Assembly: GCA_043228905.1 (NCBI GenBank)
Contig: JBHGNT010000013.1
Coordinates: 6,262,001-6,326,000 of the forward strand
Origin: Azolla caroliniana
Lineage: Eukaryota; Plantae; Polypodiophyta
Reading direction: 5' to 3'
DNA: 64,000 nucleotides
Of the stretch, positions 35,838-48,903 are shown one piece after another; within the stretch, counting starts at the first letter, position 1, and each line of letters begins with the position of its first letter. The notes under the pieces were generated by a model. The model had not been told where the DNA came from. It was given only the letters and a program-made list of their open reading frames with translations, and searched no databases. Position numbers and translations under genes: made by a program.

Positions 35838-38800
35838 TCGTGTATGTATGTTTAAGGTTTCCATTAAACCTTCATCGTTGTTTTTATGTGATTTGTTCTA
35901 TCCGGATGAGTCGGTTGTCTTAGCTTCCACATGCTATCGTTTTAACATGGAATCAAAGCGCCAGGGTTAGAAATCCTCTACTGTAGATGGAAACTTTAGG
36001 TAGACGAATACCTAATTTCCGGTAAAAGAAACAGACAAGAAGGAGAGAATGGACCGAGGAATGGCTAGCTCGCTCCCGACGGAGAAGCTCGATAGATCCA
36101 ACTACGCATCTTGGTCAAACAAGATGCACCAGTACCTGCTTGGGCATGTCTACTGGAGTTATGTCGACGAAGTGAATGATACAACACCAGAAGTGACAAA
36201 CAAGGACTTTCCAGCTTGGGAACAAGCGGCAAGCAAGGTAATGTGCTACTTCGCGTCCAGTGTCGGTGATCAGCTACTCAGCCATATCCAAAACACCAAA
36301 ACGCCAAAGGAAGCTTGGGGAAATTTGAAAAAGGTCTTCGCCACAAGCATCACAGCCTAGATTAAAGACATCTGCGACTCACTTGCCTCTATCAATGTGA
36401 TCGTCGAGGAAGATGAGATGGTGCAGGTCTGTCTCTGGGGCTTGGCGTCAAAGTTCGGAGGATTCCGGATGGCGGTATGTACTTTTCCGACTTACAGTTG
36501 ATGCTCCTTGTAGAGGAGAACCACGTGGGTGCGTCAACGAGCACGCACACTGACAACAACATGTTGTACATAGAGGCAGATAGGCCCCGTGGACGTGGAG
36601 GTCAAGGCGAATTGGTGTGCAATGCAGGCGGCTGACAAGAGCAGAATCAGAGGCACAAAGACAGTGTCAACAACAGTGTTGGACTCTCCAGAAGCAGGGG
36701 GAGTCAAGGCAGCGGATCCGGGAGTCGACAAGGGAAGACTGCATCAGACTACTGGTATTATGGCCGAAAAGGCCACAAAGAAAGTGAGTGTTGGAAGAAG
36801 AGGGCTGATTCGGACAAAGTTGGATCAAGCCAGAAAGACGCGGATAGGCGTCATCGATCGCACTTCCTGGAAGCTCAGAGGGAGCCTGGTCGGGACCATC
36901 CCTCGCAATGAAGCATAAGGCCAACGGAATGGCTACATCTGACATAAAGACGGAGGAAGTTTGGTATCTGAACTCTAGAGGTTCCAATCACATGATGAGC
37001 CACAAAGAATGGTTCTACTTTCTCGAGAAGCCAGAGAAGCCGGGGGTGGTCAAAACCAGAGACGACACCCCACATCCCATCGAGCATATCGGGGATGTTC
37101 CTCTATGCCATGTTGGCCAAAAGGGAATCATGAGGAACGTCTTGCATGTTCTGGCTATCACCAAGAACTTGGTGTCGGTCGGCCTGATCATGGATCAAGG
37201 AATGTAGGTCTGGTTCACTCACCACAGATGCTTCATCGAGGAGGAAGGCTAGATCATCGCACAAGGGCGTCGGGATGGAAGAATGTTCATCCTTGAGACT
37301 AGTGATGTGGGCACCGCTATGTTCACAAAAGGGCAGAAGGTCGAGTGGAACATCGACCTTTGGCATAAGCAGATAGGCAACATCAACTTCTGGAAGCTTC
37401 AAGAGATGTAGTCGAAACATGTTGTTTCTGGACTACCGAAGTTCAGTGGCCGAAAAGGCCAAATGTGTGAAGCTTGCCAGCTCAGGAAGCAACATAAACT
37501 TCCATTCCCCAACAAAAAGAATCGAAGCCGAAATTCAGCTCAATCTTATTCACTTGGATGTATGGGGACCGGCACAAAACGTGAGCATCGGCACTTGGAG
37601 TCAATATTTCATCTCCTTCATCGACGATTTTAGTCTACACACCTGGATCTACTTAATCGAGAAGAAGAGTGAAGTCTTCTCGTGCTTCCAGGACTTAAAG
37701 AATCATGTAGAATGAGAAACCGGAAGGAAGATCAAGTGTTTGAGATTGGATGGCGGAAAAGAGTACTTTTCTAGCTAGTTCACTAGTTATCTGCAAACCA
37801 AGGGAATTCGCCCAGAGTTCTCCTATAGGTACACACTGGAGTAGAACCGCATGGCCGAACGTCAGAATCCAACAATAGTAGAAGCGGAAAGGGCAATGCT
37901 GGAGGAGAAGAGTATGCCCTGGATTTATTGGGCCGAAGCAATTCGGACAACCATCTACATTTAGAATCAGATATCTGCCTTAGGGACAAAGGTGTCGCCG
38001 CACAAATTGTAGTTCGAGTGGAAGCCGAATTTGGCGCATCTGTGCGTATTCAGTAGCATTGCACATGTGCATGTGCCAGATGAGAAGCGAAAGAAACTGG
38101 ATGCAAAATCCGAGAAGTGCACCCTGATTGGCTACTCCGATGAGCAGAAGGGGTACAAGTGCTACAACCCCCGTTCGAAGCAAGTTTGAGTTAGACGTGA
38201 TGTCATTTTCAATGAATCGGCATCATGGTACTACTCATCACCCGAACCCGAGCCGATTGCTATGGACGAAGTACGGGATTCTGGAACCAAGGGGAGCATA
38301 GCGGAATAGGAACTCTTGGATAGTCCGACTTCTCTCTCTAGACCAGTGGTCCAAATCCGAACTGGTTGAGCTCAAGCGGTCAACCGGATGACAAGCCGAC
38401 GAGTAATGAAGACTCGGCCGTTCTCTCCCCACGTAAGGAGCCAAGGAGACGGTTCACATGCAAAGAGAATGGGACCTAAATATGACACCAACAGGGAAGA
38501 GTCGAATCGGAGTGAATCTGACTCTCAAAGAGCAACAAGGAACCTTTGAAGACCAGGTCAAAATCGGCCATGACGGTCAAGAAATTGGCAAACCAAGAGT
38601 TGCGCCGATCCACCCTCCAAAAGAATCCCTTGATTCGGTATGGATATAACGAGTATATGGTGCATCATTATGCATACATGGAAAAGGTGGCAACCGTGCG
38701 TGAGCCGGAGAGCTACACAAAAGCGGTTAAGCATCCAAATTGGCAAAAGGCCATGGAGGAAGAGATGCACGCGCTCATGGAAAATGAGACATGGGATTTA

Positions 38801-39720
38801 CTTGATGTTCCAAAGGGAGTGAAGCAGATCGGATGCCAATGGGTATACAAGGTCAAATACAACATTGATGGTTTTGTCAACCAGTGCAAGGCCCGATTAG
38901 TGGTAAAGGGTTATGCGCAGTAGCACAGAATCGATTATGACGAGACCTTCACACTAGTTGCGAAGATGACAATTGTCCATGTCTTGCTTGACATGGCCAC
39001 AACAAAGGGGTGGCATTTACATCAAATGGATGTCAAGATTGCGTTCCTGCAAGGTGATCTTGAGGAACATGTATATAAGGTACAACCCCCCGGATTTCAA
39101 TCTGGAATGAACACGTTGGTTGTTTGCTGGCTAAAGAAGTCCCTCTACAGATTGAAGCAAGCCTTGTGTGCGTGGAACACGAAGATCATGCAACGATTGC
39201 GTCGGATGGGGTTTTCCACATCCAAGGCGGATTCTTCACTCTTTATCCAGCAAGGTTGAAACGACTGGTAAGCATTGTACTTTATGTTGATGATTTAGTC
39301 ATCGTCGGTGCCGACTTAGCAGAAATGGACCATGTCAAGTTACAACTAGCGGCATCGTTCAACATGAAGGATCTCGGTGATCTTCATTATTTCCTCGGGA
39401 TCGAAGTGGTCCGCACCCCCGAAGGCATACTGATTAGCCAACGACATTAGGTGTTAAGTATGCTCTTCAAGTTCGGAATGACGGGTTGTAAATTCGTCTC
39501 TACACCTCTGGATAGGAATGTGAAGCTTCGTCCCGACTTTGGAACAACATGCGACTCGAAAAGGTTTCGACAGATAGTCAGAAGCCTTATATATCTGAGC
39601 ATCATCCGTCCCGACCTCAACTATCCGGTCGGACTGATTAATCAATTCATGGCGCATCCGATCACGGAGCACCTTCAGTGCGTGCATCATATACTACAAA
39701 ATGTTAGCAGCACTAAGGAC
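35462..39720 (+). mobile_element. Ty1/copia element E, 3'-truncated and degenerate
   Basis: 5' LTR 35462-35947, PBS tggaatcaaagc and gag MDRGMASSLPTEKLDRSNY. Integrase and RT (YVDD) fragments follow. Homology stops after agcactaaggac at about 39720. Confidence 0.88.
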
Positions 39721-42700
39721 AACAAAAATGAAGAACAAGCAGAGGAAAAAGAAGTTCAAGCCATGGCTATCTTTTTTGCAAGAGGAGATAAGAAGACAAA
39801 GATAGAAGAAACGAAGAAGAAGAAACAGACAACACGAGAAGAAGAAAAGCATGCAAGAAGAAAAATAGAGTCAAAAAGTAGAAATAAGAAAGAGGAAGAA
39901 AAAGAAGAAAAGAAGAAAAGGAAGAGGACAGGGGCATCGAGAGTAATTTCAATAACGCAAGGGCATACAATCGAATTTCAGAAGGTTGACGGCAGAAAAT
40001 AAAAATTTTAACCACTCGAGGGTAAAAAATGAAAATTTCAAAGACCACAGGGTACAAAACATAAAACCCAACTCACATGAAGAAACCAAAGAATACTCAC
40101 TCACTCACTTTTCTATATCTCACTCTCTTACTTTCATATGCCGTTAATTAGCTGTCAGTAGGTAAATAGTTGTTTTACCTTTATGTCCACTAGTAGGTAA
40201 TTGGCTAATAGCTACTATAGAAGATCTTACTTCTTAATAAGCATCACATACCTTTGTTGAGCTTGCTTCTCAACACTCCCCCTCAAGCTCCACTTATCCT
40301 TGGGATCATCTTTAATCTTCTTTTCTTCATGCTTTTCAGCTATTATACCGATGCTTATAACTCCCATCATGTCCCTGAACTGTGTATGTTTTTCCATGCT
40401 CAATCCCTTCGTAAGAATATCTGCCACTTGCTGATTTGGACTTACATATAGCAGATCCACTTCTCCATGAATCACTTTTTCTCTAACAAAATGATAATGC
40501 ACTTCAATGTGCTTTGTTCTTGCATGGAACACTGAGATTTTTGCCAATTGAATGTTGCTCATATTGTCACACCAAATTATGACTACACTATCTATATATT
40601 CTCCCAAATCAGCATGCAATCTTCTAATCCATACCTCTTCACAAGTGGCTATTGCAACTCCTCTATACTCAGCTTCAGTACTTGACAATGCAACAGTAGC
40701 TTGTTTCTTGCTACTGCATGAAATGGTTGCACTTCCCAATGTAAACATATATCCACTTGTGGATCTTCTGTCAGTTTGGCTTCCAACCCAATCGACATCT
40801 ATATATCCTTCCAGCTTTATGTCCAAATCAACCCTGTAAAACAATCCATAATTTTGAGTAGCTTTTACATACCTCAAAATTCTTCTAATGTAGTCCAAGC
40901 ATGGCTTTGATGGTTGTTCCATAAATTGGCTGACTAATCCAACAACATAACTCAAATCAGGTCTTGTTATACTCAAATATATGAGGTTGCCCACCATAGA
41001 CCTGTACATGTTTACATCTTCTATTTTGGCTCCCAAATCAGCCCTCAATTTGCAGTTCTTCTCCAATGGTACATCAATAGGTTTGCATCCAAGCATACCA
41101 TACTTCTTCAACATAGTTGTTGCATACTGTTTTTGCAACATATATATACCACTTTCAGATATGATCATTTCAATACCAAGAAAGTATCTCAACTCTCCCA
41201 AATCCTTCATATGAAATTGCATTTCCAAATTTTTCTTCAGCTTGTTTATTTCATCCATGGAATCACCTCCGATGATTAAATCATCAACATAAATCAAGAT
41301 AACAACAATACAATCATTCATCTTCTTTACATACAATGATGGATCAACTTTTGACATTTTGAAGGCAATTTTTTTCAATGATTCTAAAAGTTCTTTATGC
41401 CATGCTCTCGGTGCTTGTTTCAGTCCATATAGAGCCTTTTCAGATTACAAACATATTCTGGATGCTTCTTATCTTCAAAACCTGGTGATGGACACATAGA
41501 CACTTCTTCTTCCAAGTTACCATGTAGAAAGGCATTTTTTACAACCATATGGTGAAGCACCCATCTTTTGGCTGCACTCACAGCAAGTAGTGTCCTCAAT
41601 GTTGCCATCATTGCAACCGGTGCAAATGTTTCATCATAATCAATTCCTTGAATCTAGGCATATCCCTTTGCAACAAGTCTTGCTTTATGTCTACTAACAT
41701 TTCCATTTGAATCATGTTTTGTTTTGTTTTTTCTTTCGGTAACTTCACCAAATCCCATGTTCTGCTTTCAGCCAATGCATCTATTTCTTCTTGCATTGCA
41801 TTCACCCATTTCTTATCAGATTTTGCTTCATCAAAACTATTTGGATCAGGGAATTGTACCACTTTAGACATGTATGCATAATGCATAGCCCTATATGTGT
41901 CATAACCAAATCGTTCAACAATCTTTTTCTCTCTATCTAATCTTCTCAGTTTCTTATTTACATCTTTCATTGCCTTTTCCATACCAGGGATTTTCAGGGC
42001 TCCTATACCAAGCTCATCATCCAATGATGTATTTAAATCTACATCTTCCATGTCTCTAGATCCATCATCAAGCATTTCATATTCTGGCATCTTCTGTTTC
42101 CCCTTTCTATCGTCATATTTTTTGTGTCCTGAATTTTTTCCACTCCAAGCATTAGATTCAGATTTATTACTTCAGCTTCCAGATGATCCAGTACATGCTA
42201 TCAATGTTGAACTTTGTTGTCCAACATTGCTTCCATTTCCATGGCAAACTCTTCCATTTTCAGATTTTTCTTTGTCTTCATTTTCATAGTCTTCATCAGT
42301 TTCTACATTTCCTTTTGGGCTATACCAGTTGCCCAACTCATCAAATATTACATCATGGCTTACCACAATCTTTTTTGTTAATGGGTTATAGCATCTATAC
42401 CCTTTTTGCTCCTCTAAATATCCAACCAAAACACATTTTTCAGCTTTTGGATCAAGCTTACTTCTTACTTCAATAGGTACATGGACATAGGCAAGGCATT
42501 CAAACACTTTTAAGTGTCCTAAACTAGGTTTCCTTCCATAGAAACATTGTTCAGGAGTTACTTCATGTACTCCAGATGTTATACATCTATTTAGAATACA
42601 ATGGCATATTTTTTTTCAGTCATCATGGCTCTTGCTATGTTCACCAGGGTTTTGTTTTTTCTCTCAACAACTCCATTTTGTTGTGGAGTATATCTACATA

Positions 42701-42986
42701 TAAACTATTCCTTGATTACATAGAAAATCAAAAAATTCATTTGAGAAATATTCTCCTCCTCTATCAGATCTTAAACATTTTATTCTAGTTCTAGCCTGCT
42801 TTTCTACCATGTATTTAAACATACACAAGCAATCAAATACTTCACTTTTTTCTTTCATGAAGTAAACCCATGTTTTCCTTGAGCAATCATCAATAAATGT
42901 TACATAAAACTTACCTCCACTAATTGATGCATTTTTTGTTGGTCCCCATACATCTGTATGTACCAAATCCAACAAATTTTTGTTAA

Positions 42987-44376
42987 CAAGGTTGTTAGGT
43001 ACGGTACGGATACCATACGTATTTAACGTATTAATACCCATATAGTACCTCCTAATTTAAACATACGTTAAATACGTTTTCTTAATATGTTAAATACTTA
43101 TAAAATACGTATTTTACATATAGTACGTTAAATACTTCTAGACTTTGAAAATTATTTACCTTTCTAAAAAATATCTATAATATTGTAAAAAACATCTATG
43201 TTTACACAAATTTGTGATGTACAATATAGTTCTACATCCTAAAATGCATATAAGATATTTGAACATTTCACATCCTAAAATACTTGTAGTAATATGGATG
43301 TCGACATTCCCTTATTCTATAAATCAGTGTAAGTGTGTATCACGATGTTCTACTTCAAATTGTAATTATTTACAATTATGCCTTCATAGATTGAGGAATC
43401 GTCTACAATTATCACTCTCATGATTGGTTTCTCTTTTCTTCGTTTTCTTCTTCTTCTTCTTCTATCTACTGCGATTATCACACTCAAGACAGGTTTATGT
43501 CTTCTTTTCTCTCTTCTTCTTCTTCTTCTTCTTCATCGTCGTCTCTTCTATTCTTCTTTCTTCCTTCCTTTGGCTTCTTTTTCACTAAAATCTTTTTTTT
43601 CTTTTGCTTTTTGTTAGGGTTTTACTTACATTTTCTTTATAAATACGTATTATACCTATTTTTTTATAAATACATTAAATACCGTATTGGACAAATGTAC
43701 ATGATATTTGACTGAACAACATTTAGGTATAGTACGTACTATACAAATGATGAGGTACTATACGTATTTAAACGTTAAATACGGGTACGTTGCCGTAGTG
43801 TGAATGACACACTACGTGAAATATGTAAAACACTATATCCGATTTAGAGTACGTATAATAAATAATAATAAAATATTAAAAATATTTATTACGTGCATAG
43901 GGCAGGATTCGAACCCTGTACCTCCACGTTACCCCAACCTTACCACTATACTAGCATATTATGAAAAGATGGGATAGAAAAGATGGGATAGAAAGCTAGT
44001 CATGCACATGCAGTGTGCATGAAAACTAAAGTTAGGAAAAGCATGATGCTTGCATGTGATAAACTTCGACTCTTCTAACACTATATAAGGAAGAGAGAAA
44101 GATGTATAGGGTTGTTGATTTTTTTTTAGAAGGATTGATTAATACAAAATATTCGTGGGATTCACGATTTTACCATCTAATTCTCTCTTACAATCTAATT
44201 ACCCATTAATACATTATACTCGTGGGATTCACGAGTTTCATATCATCTTCTTACAATCTCTTCCTAACGAACATTATCTCATATTCTTCTTTCTCCTAGT
44301 CCAAAACCCCAACGATTCCCACCCGACTCACGCAAACGATCCAGCGTCGAAAGGCATGACCACGTAAACAACCATG
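42987..44376. mobile_element. MITE-like DNA element with 11-bp TIRs (CAAGGTTGTT/AACAACCATG) and subterminal tacgtatttaacgt repeats
   Basis: It interrupts the copia C integrase codons ERHVNKNLLD with an apparent AA duplication, and contains a nested solo LTR. Confidence 0.7.
43791..44361 (+). mobile_element. Solo LTR related to the Trp-primed gag-only element LTRs
   Basis: Both ends align to the reverse complement of LTR 48175-48902 (tgccgtagtg...acactacgtgaaa and ccaaaacccc...cccacccgactcacgcaa...aaggcatgac). TSD is ACGT at 43787-43790 and 44362-44365. Confidence 0.85.
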
Positions 44377-45650
44377 AACATGTCTTTCATGAGGGAAAGA
44401 TAACCTATTTTGCTTTCCATATTGGCATGCTTCACATATTTTGCTCATCTCATAGTCTTTCAACTTAAGCAGTCCAGCCACTGCATTTTTCCTCAACATA
44501 TTTTTCAAGGTTTGCATACGTATGTGACCGATTCTTTTATGCTACATTTCCACATCTGAGACTACACTCATTCCTTCTGCAAACATGGTTGTAATCTTTT
44601 TTGGCATATCCACATCTAACACAAACATTCTTCCTTGATGTTTTCCTTTTGCAATAAGCTTTCCCTATTTCTCTATAAAGCATCCACTTTGTTTAAACTT
44701 GACTTGCATTCCTTGCTCTACTATTTGTCCAACAGAAATCAGATTTTTTGCAAGGTTTGGAACATGCATCACATTCAACATATACTTTGTTTTTCCTTTC
44801 TCTTCCCACAATGGGATATCTCCAACATGCTCGATTGTATGAGTGTTGTTATCACCTATTTGTACATAACCAGGAATCTCTGGTTCTCTTCAACTTTCAA
44901 ACCAATTTGCATGTCCTATCATATGATTAGATGCCCCAGAATCTACATACCACATAAAATCTTCATTACATCTTTGTGAACATTCAGCCATTGCTGTTGT
45001 TTCATGTTGCATCACAAATGCACCATCTTTATCAGTCTTCACTAGTTGAAGCATAATTATTTTGTTGTCTCTACCCTCTTTTTTCATCATTTTGCTTTTT
45101 ATAACATTCAACCTGTGTATGGCCTAGTTTTCCACGATACCAACAGCCATCATCATTCAAATAAGTTTGCTTACCTCTTTGCTCCCCCTACCTCTGATGT
45201 TGTTTCTTCCACTCACAACCTGTTGTCCTCTTCCATGATTGTTGTTGTTGGTTCTAGTTGAACCAAATCTTCCATGTCCTCTTCCTCGGCCTTTTCCAGC
45301 ACTATTGTGGAGGGCTTGCCCCTCAGTCTCAGAGTTTCCTTTGTTTACATCATCCATCTGATTTCTTTCTTCCACTACAAGCATTGAAACCAGATTTGGA
45401 AAACTTGGGATGCTATCCCTTGTGAGAATAGATGTTTTGAAGCTTTTATATTGAGGTCCTAAGCCTCTTAAGCATATTTCCACCTTATCATCATCTTTTA
45501 CCTTCACATTAATAGAAGCTAAATAGTTGTGCATAGCTAAATAGTTGTTTCACCTTTATGTCCACTAGTAGCTAATTAGCTAATAGCTACTATATAAGAT
45601 CTTACTTCTCAATAAGCATCACATACCTTTGTTGAGCTTGCTTCTCAACA

Positions 45651-46555
45651 CAACTTCTCTCAACATCAGTCAACAACCTACCGACGTCATCAAGCACATG
45701 CTTCCAATGTCGGCTATCTTGCACTATCCATGATCTCCCATCTTTACATAGCCATGATCCCCCGGCTATGTAAGTCGAAAAACCCTCTCTCGATAGAGTT
45801 ATATGGAAAGATGCCCACGAGTCGATTACCCTCTTCACTTGCAAGATTTGTGCATGCTTTCTCACAAATGAACAAGATCTCATCAGCACTTGCAGCTACG
45901 ATCGATGTGCCCTTTTCTTCAGGAATCTTCATGGGTTCGACATTATTTCTGACACTCTTGTGCTTCTTGAGGTGTCGATAGTCCTTCTGAAAGTGTCCAG
46001 GCTTTCCACAATAGAAGCATGTTAGCTTACCTACGGACTTGGATCTGGCATGGGACTTTTCTCTCCTTAGTGGACTTCTTTTTCGGTTCCTTCCTCTGCC
46101 GGTGTGTTGAGTCAAGTTTGACTCCGATTGGACGACACCCTTTTCCTTTCTTCTAGTCTCCTCATTCAAGATACTTGTCTTTACCGCTTGTAGAGACAAT
46201 TTCTCTTCTTGACACAAGGTGTTGAGATTCACCACCAGATTCTCCCAGCTGTTCGGCAGGGTGCACAGTAGGAGGATGGTTTGCATAGCATCCTCAAGGG
46301 GAAACTTAGTTTCCGCAAGTTGGTTCACATACCCAATGAATGTGCTTACGTGCTCTACTATGCTTTCTCCGTCCCTGTATTTCAACCTCACGATCTTCCT
46401 CAACAAAGATGCTTTGTTGAGGGCATTTTTCCTCTCATATAGACCCAATAGCTTCTACCACATCTCATATGCATTTCTGTCATTTGCCACATGTTGAAGG
46501 ACACTTACATCAACGCATGGTCTAATGGTGGCCACTTTCTTCCTATTCAGGAGTT
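45651..46555 (-). mobile_element. Fragment of a Tnt1/Tork-like copia gag-protease region
   Basis: ORF 45744-46448 has LLLCTLPNSWENLV and CFYCGKPGHFQKD, followed by the protease-like VIDSWASFHIT in another frame. Confidence 0.8.
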
Positions 46556-48105
46556 TGTATCTCAACACCGATTCCATTGACTTGTCCGGTTTTCTCACTG
46601 TGGCCAGGAATCTTCACAACACCATAACCATCCCTTTGGTGAAGTGATCCGAAAGGACACCTTGTGTTAGTGGCTAGTCCAGCCCAGGATTAACACAATT
46701 TTGGTGACCAGGATTCCTACAAAGCGCAGTGAACATCGGGGCGTGGATGAGTTGACCGACAAATGACCCAGTTGCCGAACAAGCGAGAAGACTAGCCGAA
46801 AGACTACAGAGGCGGGAGTCCTACCAACAGGCAGCCGAGGAGATCCGGTAGGACCGTTCTTTTCCTAGAACGATTCGGCGGGTCGTGGAGGAGTCACTCC
46901 GGTTGCACAACCAACAATATACCAACAAAGACAGAAGCCTGAGTAGTTTAAGACAGGCATAATCGATACTGTAAACCCTCGCCACAGGCGCCGGAGAATT
47001 GGAAGCCTTTTCCAACTTTGCGTCGGAATCGGACAACGAGCACAATGTGCAGTTGAATTATCGAAGCAGTCACGACACCCCGGACAATCCGGAGGAAGAC
47101 GGTTTGGAGCACAGTTTGACACCGAAAGCACACAACCTTACCCACACCACCGGGCTATGAAACAAACCAAGACCACCAGTCGAAGACAATGGTCGAGCGC
47201 GTAGCGACATCACCACCGGATCAGCAATCCGAGAAAAGGAACGATCGCGTACCAACGCCACCACCAAACCAGAAGGCGGACAAAGAAGAGGTTCAGACAC
47301 CGACACCCCCCCAATACTACCCTTCGACGACGAAACCATGCCATATCCGTACCCGAAGTACCGGGACGAACTGGACACAAAGGCGCACATATATGCTTTT
47401 CTACAAACATGGGAAGTGAACCATGTGTCGCAAAGGTTAACAAAAGCAGAGGTCGAATGATCAAAGATAGTGGAATTCGGGATGACATTAGAGGGACCAA
47501 CAACAAAGGGGCACAAAAAGCACCTCCCCAGGATCTTCGCCACATTCAAAGCCTTGTAGGATAAATTCCTACGATTGTTCCACAGAAAGGTAGAGCAAAG
47601 AGAGCTAGTTGGCCAATTCAATACGGTCTATCAGGAACCCAATGAGATAGTCTCACATTCGTGATTTGTTTCCAGACACTACACAATGAGCTGACAAAGG
47701 GCACCTCTGGAGGACGAGGCAACAACGGTCTTCCTGGCCGCACTCCAGGCACCGTTACGATCTGTTGAGCGGCAAGCTCAACCGGAGCCAGATCGGCTGA
47801 ATAAGCCGGAGCCGGTAAGCGAGACGGATCGGGCGAAACGGATCGGTATGACGGTGAGCAACCGAACCGGCAAGCAGTGGAGGCCGGGTGCAATCCGTAA
47901 CCGGAAGTCCAATCGGAAGCCTAGTATAGGATAGACTACTAGGTAGCTATAGTCTCGTAGTAAGTGTTAGATGCTCGTGTGAGCATTGAAGTACATGGTA
48001 CTTCTGTCAGTCCCAAGAGGACTTGTATAAATAGTGCTACTTAGCACAGTGTGTATACAGAGTCTTGATATAATTTTGAAATTGTGTTCTGCTCTCTCTG
48101 TCTCT

Positions 48106-48158
<53 letters not shown>

Positions 48159-48739
48159 GTTCTCTGTTTTACGCTGTCGTGCCTTTCGGCTCCGGATCGT
48201 TGCGTGAGTCGGGTGGGAACCGCTGGGGTTTTGGACTAGGAAGAGGAGAGTTTTAAGGCTAATAAGAATATAAATATGTTGTAAGAAAGAGTTATAGCAA
48301 ACTCGTGAATCCCACAAGTGTATTGTATTAGATTAATCAATATGAATATAAGAATATAAACTTCGGTTGAAAGAGAATGATATAGAATTCTCGTGAATCC
48401 CACGAGTATAGTTTATTAATTGGTGTTTTTTAGAAACATATCCAGTTTCCAAATATTTTTCACACACAATTACATTGTGCTCCCCATCCTTATGTAGTGA
48501 TGAGGAAGTCTTAGTAATCCATGCTTTTTCTCTAACTATAGACCCCATGCTTTTCCTATAGATAGACTATATGCTTTATCTAAAGTGATCATGCTTTTTT
48601 CTAACTTGTGCGTTTTTTATCATGCACGCTAGATGTGTATGTGTAGCTTTTTCTTTTGTTATGCGTTTTTCTAATGTTTATCCTAGCGTGAATTTACCTT
48701 TCTATGTGGGACATCTATGCTTTAACACTAATGAAATGC

Positions 48740-48793
48740 TAGTGTAATGGTAAGACATTACATTATTAACATGGAGGTGCAAGGTTCGAATCT
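48740..48793 (+). promoter_or_regulatory. tRNA-like type-2 Pol III promoter (A box + B box) inside the LTR; second copy at 51532-51585
   Basis: A box TAGTGTAATGG at 48740-48750 and B box GGTTCGAATCT at 48783-48793, with tRNA-like spacing. The solo LTR has perfect boxes on the minus strand (TAGTATAGTGG 43953-43943, GGTTCGAATCC 43915-43905). Confidence 0.7.
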
Positions 48794-48903
48794 TGCCCTA
48801 TGCATGTTCCATTTATTTTGCTATTTTCTTCTATTTCTTCATTTTTTATTGAATCTAATACTATATACGTTTTTCACGTAGTGTACAAAATACACTACGA
48901 CAC

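Larger units (their letters stand above)
40140..45650 (-). mobile_element. Ty1/copia element C (AT-rich subfamily, degenerate)
   Basis: Matching LTR segments end ...gcttgcttctcaaca at 40275 and 45650, with PPT at 40276-40286. RT/RNase H ORF 40227-41378 (IYVDDL, KHIEVHYHFVRE), plus integrase, WYVDSGAS protease and gag fragments. The left boundary is approximate. Confidence 0.88.

Noticed and set aside
39720-40070. K/E-rich tail of ORF 39451-40002 and a MULE-TIR-like stretch
   Set aside because: Read-through into GAA-rich non-copia sequence. No partner TIR or TSD is found in the window.
48737-48804. Possible genuine tRNA gene
   Set aside because: No acceptor or anticodon stem can be folded. 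Only the A/B boxes and a T-arm-like hairpin are present, so it is treated as a tRNA-like module.
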